Shown: piece by piece, positions 50,376 through 60,807 of the stretch
Layout: each line of letters starts with the position of its first letter
Position numbering within the stretch: position 1 is the first letter of the stretch
DNA from: Marinicella sp.
Lineage (GTDB): Bacteria > Pseudomonadota > Gammaproteobacteria > Xanthomonadales > Marinicellaceae
Direction of reading: 5' to 3'
Length of the DNA stretch: 64,000 bases
NCBI GenBank assembly: GCA_965230295.1
Contig: OZ246001.1
Location: 1,568,001-1,632,000, forward strand
The notes under the pieces: generated by a model
Database searches by the model: none
What the model saw: the letters and a program-made list of their open reading frames with translations, nothing else
What the model was told of the DNA's origin: nothing
Made by a program: the position numbers and the translations under genes

Positions 50376-50389
50376 ATGAGGTTTGTTCA

Positions 50390-51061
50390 CTAGCCCATAC
50401 CAAAAATCAAATAAATGATTTCCACCCCTTTTTGGGTGTGGTGTAGCAACAAGAATGACAACAAATACAGTAACGAAGACAACAAGCCCAAAGACCACAG
50501 GTATTTTGTATTGACTTGAAACATCTGATGCAATCCATAAACTGCGATGGCGGTGGCATGTAACCAGATCAGAACCAACAAGTAGATATGCCAATCCATC
50601 ATCGCCTCAGCATGAGCCAGTTGTAAAAACAAGTTGTGGTATTTTTCCCCGGTAAAACCGGCATGGACCTCAAACACCATATTCCACAACCACAATGGAA
50701 TCCAGTAAACCACAATAAACCACCCAACCATCAAACCCACTTGATGGTGGTTGCGCAAACCCAACCAGGCAACACCAGCAACCAAAATCGAAACCAAGGC
50801 CCCGTGCACCAACAGCACTGCAAAAATTTCTCCTGGTTTTTCCTGCTCCTGAACAAAGGCAAAGCTTGAAAATAACAACGACAATACCGTGATGATGATC
50901 ACCATCAGTGCAATCGACTTTTTCACATTCAGCATGGCATGCTCAATGGCGTTGTTGTGATTCTTAACACCTGCCATCACCCAACTTGGGCGCAGATAAA
51001 AACAAAACATGGCCATAAAGGCATGGTACAAGGCAGCGCATTCTTTGATGATGTATTGCAT
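50390..51061 (-). CDS. Multi-pass membrane protein of unknown function
   Basis: About five hydrophobic helices; no family recognised. Confidence 0.6.
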   Translation of the reverse strand: MQYIIKECAALYHAFMAMFCFYLRPSWVMAGVKNHNNAIEHAMLNVKKSIALMVIIITVLSLLFSSFAFVQEQEKPGEIFAVLLVHGALVSILVAGVAWLGLRNHHQVGLMVGWFIVVYWIPLWLWNMVFEVHAGFTGEKYHNLFLQLAHAEAMMDWHIYLLVLIWLHATAIAVYGLHQMFQVNTKYLWSLGLLSSLLYLLSFLLLHHTQKGVEIIYLIFGMG

Positions 51062-51159
51062 GTTGGCATTGTAACCAAAGTGTGACTTGGCTTGAACTTT
51101 AATTGAACCATCTGACTTTATCAGAGGTCCGAATTCTTAATTAATCAAGGAGTCTTGGC

Positions 51160-51552
51160 GTGAAAAAACAAAATACTTTGCAGCAACAACAGGATGAAAT
51201 TAACATCACACCGATGATGGATGTGGTATTTATCATGCTGATCTTTTTTGTGGTCACCGCTTCATTTGTCAAGGAAACCGGCATTGGCATCAGTCGCGCC
51301 ACAGCTGCTGTAGAGCCCAATGAAAATGCAAAAATCGCAACCATCAAGTTGGATCCTCAAGGATACAGCATCAACGGACATGCTGTTTTATTGGATGGCA
51401 TTGAAGCCAGAATGGCTCAGCTGAAAGCTGAATTTCCAAACCTTCAAGCCCAATTGATCACGGCCAAAAACATCAAAGTGAACACCTTGGTCAGAGCGGT
51501 AGAACAGGTCAAAAATGCCGAGGTCAAAGGTCTGTCTGTAGCCACTTATTAA
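51160..51552 (+). CDS. ExbD/TolR family protein
   Basis: INITPMMDVVFIMLIFFVVTASF; no exbB next to it. Confidence 0.9.
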   Translation: MKKQNTLQQQQDEINITPMMDVVFIMLIFFVVTASFVKETGIGISRATAAVEPNENAKIATIKLDPQGYSINGHAVLLDGIEARMAQLKAEFPNLQAQLITAKNIKVNTLVRAVEQVKNAEVKGLSVATY

Positions 51553-51566
51553 GGGTGGTCGCTTGG

Positions 51567-52259
51567 TTATTCCAGGGCTGTTTTTACCGCTGCCTTGATG
51601 TGACTGTGGGTGGCATCAATCAATGGCACATGGGTGTCTGATTGTTTGATCAACAGACCTATCTCAGTACAACCCAAAATGATGGCCTGGGCACCTGCTG
51701 TGGTTAACTGGTTGATGGTGTCTAAGTAGATTTGTTTGGATTGTTCATTGATGATGCCATGACACAGTTCTTCAAAAACCACCCGATCCACCTCATGCCG
51801 TGCTGCTGCATTGGGCACCCAGGTTTGGATGCCATACCCTTGTGCCAATCGATCTTTATAAAAATCTTCTTCCATGGTAAAAGCAGTACCCAATAACCCG
51901 ACTTGTTTTATTTCTTGGTTTTTTAACTCTTTGCCCACCACATCTGCAATGTGAAGCAACGGTATATCCAGGGCCGCTTCTATTTGAGGGGCTAATTTAT
52001 GCATGGTATTGGTGGCAATGACCAGAAAATCAGCACCTGCACTTTGTATGCTTTTACAGTGATCAGCCAGTTGACGACCAATTTCATCCCATTCACCCGC
52101 TTGCATCAAGGCTTCGATCGGCGCAAAGTCAACATTGAACAACACCATTTGAGCAGAATGAAGACCACCCAGGTTTTGGTTGATCTGTTGGTTCAATTCA
52201 CGGTAGTAAATGCGGGTGCTTTCCCAACTCATGCCACCCAATAAACCAATGGTTTTCAT
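51567..52259 (-). CDS. Aspartate/glutamate racemase family protein (YgeA-like)
   Basis: IGLLGGMSWEST, ATNTMH, ILGCTEI. Confidence 0.92.
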   Translation of the reverse strand: MKTIGLLGGMSWESTRIYYRELNQQINQNLGGLHSAQMVLFNVDFAPIEALMQAGEWDEIGRQLADHCKSIQSAGADFLVIATNTMHKLAPQIEAALDIPLLHIADVVGKELKNQEIKQVGLLGTAFTMEEDFYKDRLAQGYGIQTWVPNAAARHEVDRVVFEELCHGIINEQSKQIYLDTINQLTTAGAQAIILGCTEIGLLIKQSDTHVPLIDATHSHIKAAVKTALE

Positions 52260-52287
52260 ATGGCAATGCGGTTTGGTATTAAATGCC

Positions 52288-52872
52288 TCATTTCATCCAA
52301 GTGTATATTCGCATCGGGGGGATGTTTTTGAACTCTATTTTTTTGCAGGTGTATTCTCCGAACAAAGGCTCTGCCAACCTGCTTACATGGTCCCTCAATT
52401 GGTAAGCCAAAAAAATACCTCCAGGCTTCAATGTATCGTGAATGGACTGCATGATCAGTTTATCCATCCCTTTTGGCAAAGTGGTAAATGGAATACCAGA
52501 TATGATCACATCGGCAGACTCCCATCCATGTTCATCCATGATTTCAAGCAAATTTTGGGCCCCTTTATTACTCACAATTAAGCGGTCATCATCGATGGTT
52601 TTTATCATGTGATCGATGAATTTTTGGTTGATCTCTACACTGATGAGTTTGGCGTCATCAGCCATATATTTTAAGATTCCTTTGGTGGTTCCGCCTGTTC
52701 CCGGACCCAGCTCCATGATGTGACGGGCTTCTTGCAAATGAGCCGTTTTGGCAATTTGCTCAATCAACCAAGGCGATGATGGCATGAAGTAACCCACTTG
52801 TAACGGGCTTTTTATGGCATGTTTCAAAAATAAGGCAGAATCCTTCAAGGAATTTTTCACTTTTTTACTCAT
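52288..52872 (-). CDS. Class I SAM-dependent methyltransferase (PmtA/OlsG-like lipid N-methyltransferase)
   Basis: [26 protein letters not shown]; 4-bp overlap with proS. Confidence 0.75.
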   Translation of the reverse strand: MSKKVKNSLKDSALFLKHAIKSPLQVGYFMPSSPWLIEQIAKTAHLQEARHIMELGPGTGGTTKGILKYMADDAKLISVEINQKFIDHMIKTIDDDRLIVSNKGAQNLLEIMDEHGWESADVIISGIPFTTLPKGMDKLIMQSIHDTLKPGGIFLAYQLRDHVSRLAEPLFGEYTCKKIEFKNIPPMRIYTWMK

Positions 52873-54575
52873 GCCTTGATTTGCCCTGATAAGAAGCCCT
52901 CGATTGTATCACGACTGATGTTTTTTGACTGCATGTCCTGACGATTGCGATATTCCACTTCATTGTTATCCAATGCTCGATCACCGATGATCACCTGATG
53001 AGGTATGCCAAGTAATTCAAAATCTGACATCATAAAACCCGGTCTTACTTTGCGGTCATCCAATATCACTTCTATACCCTGAGCCAATAATTGATTGTAC
53101 AGATCATCTGCAGCTTGTCTGACCCGTTCAGATTTTTGATAATTCATGGGCAAAATCGCCACTGTGAATGGGGCTATGTTAACTGGCCATATAATGCCCT
53201 TGTCATCATGGTTTTGTTCTATGGCCGCCGCCACCATTCGTGTCACACCCATACCATAACAACCCATTTCCATGGCTTGTGACTTACCCTGTTCATTCAA
53301 AACCACAGCATTCATGGCTTGTGAATACTTGTTACCTAACTGAAAGATATGACCCACTTCAATACCACGAGCCATTTTTAGGCTACCCACACCATCAGGA
53401 CTGGGCTCACCGACTTGAGCATCCCTGAGGTCCTTAACTGCATCAAAATGGGCATCACGTTCCCAGTTGACTCCGGTAAAATGATGGCCGTCTTCATTGG
53501 CACCACAAATAAAATCGCTCATGTTGGCAACGGTTTTGTCCACCACAACCATGCAATCCAAATCCTTCACACCAATTGAACCTGCATCACATCCAGCCAC
53601 GGCTTTGATTTCATCATCATTCAACATCCTGAATGGAGATTCAACCACCTCCAGATTGCCAGCTTTGACTTCGTTTAAATTGTGATCGCCTCTGAGCACC
53701 AAAGCAACTGGGCCATCCACACCAGCAACCAATAATGTTTTGATGGTCTGTTCTTTGTCTACCTTTAAGAATTCTGACACGGCATCAATGGTCTTCTGCT
53801 CGGGAGTCGCCACCTTCTCAAGTTGAGCAACTGGTGCTGCCCGTTCTGGCAGCATACTGACCGCTTCGCACTTTTCTAAATTGGCCGCGTAATCACCGGT
53901 GTCAGAATACATGATGGCATCCTCACCTGATTCGGCTATTACATGAAATTCTTGTGATCCAGACCCACCTATGGCGCCAGAGTCAGCCAGAACACAACGG
54001 AAGTCCAGACCTATTCTATTGATGATATTGGTATAAGCTTGGTGCATTTTTTGATAGGTTTCAACCAATGACTCATGAGACAAATGGAACGAATAGGCGT
54101 CTTTCATGATGAACTCACGAGAGCGCATGACACCAAAACGGGGCCTGATTTCATCTCTGAATTTGGTTTGGATTTGGTAATAGTTGATTGGCAACTGTTT
54201 GTATGAGTTGACCTCATTGCGAACAAAATCAGTGATCACTTCTTCATGTGTAGGCCCAAAAAAGTAATCCCGTTCGGCACGATCATGAATGGCCAATAAT
54301 TGACCGCCAAAATCTTCAATTCGGCCGGTTTCCTGCCACAATTCTTTGGGTTGAACAGCTGGCATCAGCATTTCCAAAGCACCGGCAGAATTCATCTCTT
54401 CACGGATGATGTTTTCTATTTTTTGTAACACCCGCAAGCCTAACGGCGCCCAAGTATACAAGCCAGCACCCAGTTTCCTGATCATGCCAGATCGCACCAT
54501 CAATTGATGAGAAATGATTTCCGCGTCCTGAGGTGTTTCCTTACGCGTTACTAAATGAAAAGCCGTGGTTCTCAT
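52869..54575 (-). CDS. proS: Proline--tRNA ligase with editing insertion
   Basis: [45 protein letters not shown]. Confidence 0.98.
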   Translation of the reverse strand: MRTTAFHLVTRKETPQDAEIISHQLMVRSGMIRKLGAGLYTWAPLGLRVLQKIENIIREEMNSAGALEMLMPAVQPKELWQETGRIEDFGGQLLAIHDRAERDYFFGPTHEEVITDFVRNEVNSYKQLPINYYQIQTKFRDEIRPRFGVMRSREFIMKDAYSFHLSHESLVETYQKMHQAYTNIINRIGLDFRCVLADSGAIGGSGSQEFHVIAESGEDAIMYSDTGDYAANLEKCEAVSMLPERAAPVAQLEKVATPEQKTIDAVSEFLKVDKEQTIKTLLVAGVDGPVALVLRGDHNLNEVKAGNLEVVESPFRMLNDDEIKAVAGCDAGSIGVKDLDCMVVVDKTVANMSDFICGANEDGHHFTGVNWERDAHFDAVKDLRDAQVGEPSPDGVGSLKMARGIEVGHIFQLGNKYSQAMNAVVLNEQGKSQAMEMGCYGMGVTRMVAAAIEQNHDDKGIIWPVNIAPFTVAILPMNYQKSERVRQAADDLYNQLLAQGIEVILDDRKVRPGFMMSDFELLGIPHQVIIGDRALDNNEVEYRNRQDMQSKNISRDTIEGFLSGQIKA

Positions 54576-54790
54576 GGGTCATATTCTGAAGTCTTGAAAT
54601 TAGCGCTATCTTAACTGATTCTGTGCATTTCTGCTGCTTTTAATCGGGTCAAATGTAAGCACGTTCTTAGGGTTTTAAATTTTGCAATATTGAGCCGGTC
54701 AATGGCTTCAATAGTGTCACACAATCGGTTGATTAAATGGTCAACGGTTTCTTTCCGGCCGGGTTCTGTTGTTGCGGTCCCGACCGCGGT

Positions 54791-55327
54791 CTACTTTTTT
54801 GAGTTTTGGTGCATAAAGAAAGTGATGGTCTTAGATTTTTTCATCACTTTGTTGCTGAGTCGATCAACCAACAACGCTTGTACTTTATGTTCGCCGCGGT
54901 AGATGCCGGAGAATTCTTGGGTGGTGGCGTCGTTGGGCTTTTGTTTTTTGCCATCCAACACGAATTGTACCTGGTAACGTAATTGTTGTTGTTCATTCAA
55001 GGGACCCACTGAAACCTTTAGTTTTCCACCTGTACCCCATAAATTTTGCTCATTAACCGGCTCAATGATTTCAAAATCGGCGACTTCAGCAGGATCAATG
55101 ACTTCATCACTGCTGGTGCTGTCAGTGGCTGTGCTGGTGGTGACTGGCGCAGAAGGAATGATGGAGAGCTTGGGCAGATCTGCTTCCTTATAGTTATCAT
55201 TGGGCTTGGTCTCGCTGTAGTGGGTCACCCCATTTTCATCGGTGTACTTATAAATTTTCTTTTCTTCCGCAGCCAATACGCCAGTACTGGCAACTGCCAA
55301 ACCCAATAATATCCAAGCTTTTTTCAT
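54791..55327 (-). CDS. DUF4124 domain secreted protein
   Basis: Signal peptide, IYKYTDENGVTHYSETKP, C-terminal YRGEH Ig-like region. Confidence 0.8.
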   Translation of the reverse strand: MKKAWILLGLAVASTGVLAAEEKKIYKYTDENGVTHYSETKPNDNYKEADLPKLSIIPSAPVTTSTATDSTSSDEVIDPAEVADFEIIEPVNEQNLWGTGGKLKVSVGPLNEQQQLRYQVQFVLDGKKQKPNDATTQEFSGIYRGEHKVQALLVDRLSNKVMKKSKTITFFMHQNSKK

Positions 55328-55329
55328 AT

Positions 55330-56517
55330 TCAATCCGAAAATAACATACTTTCTTTGTTATACAGCCTCACAGCGATCCATGCAAGGATCACACCAAAGA
55401 ACAGCGTACCAAAAATGGTGACCAAAATGGCTGACATACCCGGCTCTTCGCCTCGTATGATTTGATTGATAATCAAATTCTGGCTCAAAATAGGCACCAG
55501 CATCATCCACAGTTTTTCTTTCACAGATAAAAACATCAATAACATACTGGGTATCATCGGCACCAAAATCAAGAGCCCCACATAAGTTTGGGCTTCCTTG
55601 AAAGATTTGCTGAACGAGGCAATGATGGTTTGGATGGCACTGGCCACGACAGCCAATGGCATCAACACCAAAAACATAATCAGGATTTTATACAGACCCA
55701 AGTCCAAACTCAGACCCAGTTTTTTCTGAGGATAAAAGGGCAAAGATAATTTGAACACAATCATCGCCAAAACCAGTGTCACCAAACCAAAAGTGATGGT
55801 GGCTGCCAGTTTTCCTGAAAGGATGTCCGTGCGGCTAACTGGATTGAGAAACAGCGGCTCCAATGATTTTCTTTCTTTTTCACCAGCCGTGGTGTCAATC
55901 GCCAGATACATGCTGCCGGAGAACAAAATCAAGATCAGGAAATAGGGCAAGAAGGTCATCATCTGGCCTCCTTTAGACTCTAAAGAGGCTTGGTCATGAT
56001 TCTCAATAGTGACCGCTTTCATGATACCGGGAGACACCCCTCGCAACTGGAGTCGAATGGCTCCAATGCTGGATGAATAGGCGTTGATCAAGGACCTGGC
56101 TTTGCGCACAGAGATGTTGGTCGTGCCTTTGGCGGATCCATCAAAATACAGTTTAACTTTGGCTGCTTTTCCTGCGCCGAAAGCCTCTGAATACCCTTCA
56201 TCAATGGCTAAAATCACATCATGGTCTTTGTCTTTAATCGCTTGTTCTGGCGATTTGTCACCCATAGGGACAATTTTGACACCTTGAGACAACAGGTATT
56301 TTTCCAGATTCTGCGCCCCTTCAACATTGATCACAGGCAGCTCTAACTGTTCTTCTGCTTTGCCCTTGGTCATGTTGGTGGTTAATTGGATCAGTCCCAA
56401 CATCAATAACGGTCCGAACACCGCAGACATCACCAATGAAGACATGATGGTTCTTTTGTCGCGCAAGTTTTCCCTCACTTCTTTGAGGAACACCACTTTA
56501 AAAGCATTGCTGATCAT
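55330..56517 (-). CDS. ABC-2 type exporter permease (NatB-like)
   Basis: KEVRENLRDKRT, DTTAGEKERKSLEPL, KSFKEAQ. Confidence 0.88.
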   Translation of the reverse strand: MISNAFKVVFLKEVRENLRDKRTIMSSLVMSAVFGPLLMLGLIQLTTNMTKGKAEEQLELPVINVEGAQNLEKYLLSQGVKIVPMGDKSPEQAIKDKDHDVILAIDEGYSEAFGAGKAAKVKLYFDGSAKGTTNISVRKARSLINAYSSSIGAIRLQLRGVSPGIMKAVTIENHDQASLESKGGQMMTFLPYFLILILFSGSMYLAIDTTAGEKERKSLEPLFLNPVSRTDILSGKLAATITFGLVTLVLAMIVFKLSLPFYPQKKLGLSLDLGLYKILIMFLVLMPLAVVASAIQTIIASFSKSFKEAQTYVGLLILVPMIPSMLLMFLSVKEKLWMMLVPILSQNLIINQIIRGEEPGMSAILVTIFGTLFFGVILAWIAVRLYNKESMLFSD

Positions 56518-57257
56518 GCGACACCTCCTGCAGTGGCGGGTTGTTGGGTGACTAAATTCACGAAGGCATCCTCCAGGTTTTTCTCACCGGTTAATTCCAA
56601 CAATTCTTGTTCTGTGCCAGTGGCCCGGATAATACCCGCATCAACCACTGTAATGATGTCACAAACTGCCGAAACTTCTTGCATCACATGAGAAGAAAAC
56701 AACACACACTTGCCACGGGCTTTTTCTTCGCGCAAAAAAGCTCGGATGGCTCGGGTACTCATCACATCCAAACCATTGGTGGGCTCATCCAATAATATGT
56801 TTTTCGGGTCATGAATGATGGCCCTGGCAATCGCCACTTTGACCCTTTGACCTTGAGAAAAACCATCGGTTTGTCGGTCGGCAAATTTTTCCATCCCTAA
56901 GCGTTGAATCAACTCATCAGCACGGCGCTTGATGTCGGCTTCGCTCATGCCTTGCAGTCGCCCAAAGTAGGTCATGTTTTCTCGCGCTGTTAAGCGTTTA
57001 TACAAGCCACGTGCATCTGGCAAAACACCCATGCGGGCTCTGGCAGCAACCGGGTTTTCAGTTGAGTTGATACCATCCACTGTTACCACTCCTGTTTCTG
57101 GTTTTATCAAAGCATAAATCATCCGCATAGAGGTGGTTTTGCCGGCACCATTGGCACCCAGCAAAGCGGTGATTTTCCCATCTTCAGCCACCAGGCTGAC
57201 GTCTTTGACGGCTTTGACTTCGCCAAAGGATTTACTGATTTGGTCAACTTTAATCAT
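56514..57257 (-). CDS. ABC exporter ATP-binding protein (NatA-like)
   Basis: GANGAGKTT, FSQGQR, LDEPTNGLDV; start moved to MIKVDQ. Confidence 0.9.
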   Translation of the reverse strand: MIKVDQISKSFGEVKAVKDVSLVAEDGKITALLGANGAGKTTSMRMIYALIKPETGVVTVDGINSTENPVAARARMGVLPDARGLYKRLTARENMTYFGRLQGMSEADIKRRADELIQRLGMEKFADRQTDGFSQGQRVKVAIARAIIHDPKNILLDEPTNGLDVMSTRAIRAFLREEKARGKCVLFSSHVMQEVSAVCDIITVVDAGIIRATGTEQELLELTGEKNLEDAFVNLVTQQPATAGGVA

Positions 57258-58687
57258 TCTTTCGGCCCATTCATGTTGATGAAAAAGGAAAAATCCCTGA
57301 AATCTTTCATGCATTCGGTTGCCAATTCAGCTTCAGGGTCTTTGATGAACGCAGTCACTATTTTTGGCATACAACCACGGGTACCCACAATGTGGCCCTG
57401 ACCTTTGGCAATCAAATGTTGGGCATTGTTTAAGGTTGCCATGGTTTTTTCAGCAAATGCTGGTGGTGTCACTGGATCATATTCACCTGACAACAACAAT
57501 GTAGGAATGTCAGAACTGACGGGCTCTTTGAATGAGGCGTCGACAGGAACATAATCCCACTGTTCACAGCGGGCATGCATCAATTCAAACAGATTATCTC
57601 CAAACAAGGAGTTAGTGACATTCGATGTTTTCGGCATAAAAGGCACATCTTCAGCACATGATACTGACAACTCCAAAGCATTATTCAAGCCTTGGTTTAA
57701 ACTGTTCATCACCATTTGAGCTTGCGCTGCCATGGTTTCAGGTTGCCCCTGATTGGCCAACGACACCATCAATGGAATCAAACCCATGGTTTCAGGCGAA
57801 TAGGCAAACATACGTAAAGCCAACACCGCGTACTCACGGGTCATCACCACATCCTCAAACTCACCTGTACCTGAATTCAACAGCCTCAATTCAATGGGCT
57901 CTGCTTTCAACTGTTCAAGGAACTTCCACATTTGTTGCTCGGCATCACCAAATGCTGTGGCACATGATTCATCTTTCCCACACAGGTCAAAAATCCGACT
58001 GAGGGTGCTTTGTAAATTCCCTTCATGAGAAACGCCCAAAGCTTCATCTTGTGGCACCACGGCATCCAAGACCACCGAACGGATCGCCTCAGGATACATT
58101 TTCATATAGGTCAGTGCTTTTCTGGTACCGTATGATCCACCGTATAAATTCCAATGGGTATACCCCAATGCCGCTCTGACTGCTTCCAAATCATGGATGG
58201 CTTCAGTCGTGGTATACATGCGGGTGTTGGCATCCAAACTTTGGTGGCATTCTTTGGTCCATGCTTTCAATATTTCCGGGTCCAATTCATTCATATCCTC
58301 CATGTCCTCAGGTGTGATTTCACAACGCAACGGGTTTGATGCACCTGTGCCACGCTGATCGACCATCACCAAATCCCTTAACGGCAAAGCAGCCCCGATG
58401 GGTTTAGCCAATCCTGCAAAGGTGTCAACGGCACCTTGTCCAGGACCTCCAGCCAGCAACAACAGCGGATCGCTGAGTTTTTCTGATGATCCTGATTTGA
58501 TCACCGCGATGTTGAGCTCGATCATTTTATCCGGGTTGGCACGGTCTTCAGGAACGGCCAATCGACCACAATGGGCTGCTGTACTGACCCCTGAACCATC
58601 TGCCCCGATAAAACAGGGCTCCAACTCCAAGGCAGAAACGTCGGCAACAAGCAACCAGGTCACCAACGTGATATAGATTTTTTTCAT
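57254..58687 (-). CDS. Secreted alpha/beta hydrolase (TAP-like peptidase)
   Basis: Signal peptide, GGPG, DQRGTG, GGSYG nucleophile, DPVTP, GH. Confidence 0.88.
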   Translation of the reverse strand: MKKIYITLVTWLLVADVSALELEPCFIGADGSGVSTAAHCGRLAVPEDRANPDKMIELNIAVIKSGSSEKLSDPLLLLAGGPGQGAVDTFAGLAKPIGAALPLRDLVMVDQRGTGASNPLRCEITPEDMEDMNELDPEILKAWTKECHQSLDANTRMYTTTEAIHDLEAVRAALGYTHWNLYGGSYGTRKALTYMKMYPEAIRSVVLDAVVPQDEALGVSHEGNLQSTLSRIFDLCGKDESCATAFGDAEQQMWKFLEQLKAEPIELRLLNSGTGEFEDVVMTREYAVLALRMFAYSPETMGLIPLMVSLANQGQPETMAAQAQMVMNSLNQGLNNALELSVSCAEDVPFMPKTSNVTNSLFGDNLFELMHARCEQWDYVPVDASFKEPVSSDIPTLLLSGEYDPVTPPAFAEKTMATLNNAQHLIAKGQGHIVGTRGCMPKIVTAFIKDPEAELATECMKDFRDFSFFINMNGPKE

Positions 58688-58792
58688 GTGAATATATGCT
58701 GTTTAACGTTAATTATTGTAAAGGAAGTTAAGTTCTTACTTCATGTCCCGATGGTCATGTAAACCATAAGTTTAAAAAAACCGAATATTAAA

Positions 58793-59545
58793 TCATTTTT
58801 TTTTGGTCGCCGGACTGATGTATTTTTCTCGTTTGATCAATGGCACAGGCATGCCTTTCTCTTTCAACAAAGCAAAGGCATCATCAACCATGTTGGGGTT
58901 GCCGCACAAGTAGGCGATGTCATTTTCCGAATCGAAATCATGGCCGGCTAAATAGTTTTGTACATAACCATTTTGATCATTGGGGCCTGCGGTCCCTCGA
59001 GGTTTTCTGGACAGACAAGGCACATAATGAAATCCCTCATACTGTTGCTCAAGTGCGACAAAATCATCTTCATACAGCAAGCCTGTTGCATCTTGTGCAC
59101 CCATCACCACATAGAATTCTGACCCTTGCTGTAAACGCAATTCGATTTCTTTCAACATCGCCCGATAAGGTGTCACACCCGTTCCAGTGGCGATTAAAAA
59201 ATAACGTTCATGCCGATCTGGTAACAAACAAAACCGTCCATAGGGGCCCGTTGCTTCCAACTCATCACCCACTTGCATGCTTGAAAGTTTATTGGTCGCC
59301 AAACCACCTTCTACCCAGGAAACTGCGATATCAATATTATCTAAGGTGGTTTTCTCTTCTGGAAAAATACTCGCTATCGAATAGCTGCGAAAAGTTTCGA
59401 TGCCATCATCCTGCGTGAAGTGCAAGCGCAAGAATTGTCCTGCAATCACCACAAACGGCTGTTCGGACTCAACCGAAAAGGCGATGTTAACGGTGTTGTC
59501 ATTCAACGATTCCATGCTTTGCATGGTTAATTTCAGTGGGGTCAT
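58793..59545 (-). CDS. FAD/NAD(P)-binding oxidoreductase (ferredoxin-NADP reductase family)
   Basis: RSYSIAS, GPYG, ATGTGVTPY, YLCGNPNMV. Confidence 0.9.
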   Translation of the reverse strand: MTPLKLTMQSMESLNDNTVNIAFSVESEQPFVVIAGQFLRLHFTQDDGIETFRSYSIASIFPEEKTTLDNIDIAVSWVEGGLATNKLSSMQVGDELEATGPYGRFCLLPDRHERYFLIATGTGVTPYRAMLKEIELRLQQGSEFYVVMGAQDATGLLYEDDFVALEQQYEGFHYVPCLSRKPRGTAGPNDQNGYVQNYLAGHDFDSENDIAYLCGNPNMVDDAFALLKEKGMPVPLIKREKYISPATKKK

Positions 59546-59644
59546 GTTGGATTATATTGAATCAAAGCTTCATTATCGCAATATTCATGACTAAAAGGAA
59601 TGTTAATGGGGTTTTGTGGACATGTTTATTTGCTGAAAAAAATG

Positions 59645-59673
59645 TTGAACAATGGGTTTTATTTGTCTATACT
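59645..59673 (+). promoter_or_regulatory. Sigma70-type promoter, probably for tRNA-Thr
   Basis: TTGAAC-17 nt-TATACT with an A-tract upstream. Confidence 0.55.
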
Positions 59674-59703
59674 TCGCATCCTCGTTTAGACGAGAGCCAC
59701 TTT

Positions 59704-59902
59704 TAAGGTTGCTGGCTAGTAACTTTACACCGCAGAGCCGGCTGGTGAGCGTAGCTGAATCGCTATCGCTCCATGCTAATGCGATAGACCTACATCCATG
59801 TAGGCCAATCAGAGGCGAAGCGCATAATCGAAAGACATGTTCGAAGTGGTCGCTTTCACTTTTGTCACAGACAAAGTGAAAAAAGACCCAATAACATACA
59901 TA
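59704..59902. repeat. Shorter inverted relative of the family C element
   Basis: Reverse complement shares GACAAAAG(T/A)GAAAGCGAC, CTTCGCCTCTGATTGGC, CTACATGGATGTAGGTCT and GGAGCGATAGCG with 16049-16631. Confidence 0.75.
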
Positions 59903-59906
59903 TCGT

Positions 59907-59982
<76 letters not shown>

Positions 59983-60160
59983 TTTCAAAGCATTGATTCC
60001 AAAGGAATTTCCTTGTGGTTTTCCCTTACTCTAAGTAATTTAATTATTTTTCCTATAATTTATAGAACCTTATTTAGAACCTTGACGAATTCAGTCTAAA
60101 TCTAAATTATCAAGGTTCAAAATTACGGCTTTAACCGATTTGCCATCTCCTTTATTTGCT

Positions 60161-60807
60161 TCACCAGTTTTCTCCCACGTTAAAATAATCAATCATATTA
60201 TCTTCGTCATCTGACAACTCTGTAATGATGCACCTTTTGTCCTTTGGGGACTCAACTAAGGCTGAATGATCAATATCAATAATTTTTCTGTTTATTCTGT
60301 AACACAGGCTTCCACTATATACTTTCCCTTCAATATGGTTACACGATGTAAATTTTTGCTTGCATATAGAACAACCACCTATTGTTTCAGTAAAGCCAGG
60401 ACTGTTATACATAACCCAGCCTGGAAAAATGAGTTTTCGGCACAAATCAATTTTTTCTAGATTGCGAACCCCCTCATAGTCAGTTATTTTTAATGCAATG
60501 CCAGTATAGTCTTGAACATCAATTAGGTGATTCCAAGCTCCATTGAAATTATCAGCCTTTAGTTCAATCCACATTAGCAATGATGGCGATCATACATTGC
60601 ATATGAAACATAATGATTGGCTTCATATTCGTTTTCCATAGCCTGATACTTGCAGCTTTTAACAAATAAAATGTGTTGTTCACACCCAGCAATTTTTTCT
60701 TTTTGAAAGGCTTGATAACGTATAAAGCGGTTAAATTTATGGCAACTGTCTATAAAATCACAACAGTCATCGTGAATTTTTTCGAATGAGGTGCTATTAC
60801 TTTTCAC
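60161..60807 (-). pseudogene. Frameshifted gene for an unknown Cys/His-rich protein
   Basis: Two overlapping ORFs in different frames (60574-60807 and 60161-60580); CSIC..C.H.EG..Y.G..C motif in the second. Confidence 0.5.

Noticed and set aside
49781-50380. Integron cassette reading of the GIY-YIG locus (GTTAGGC at 49781)
   Set aside because: No matching RYYYAAC inverse core after the gene, no intI, and the repeats occur elsewhere without cassettes
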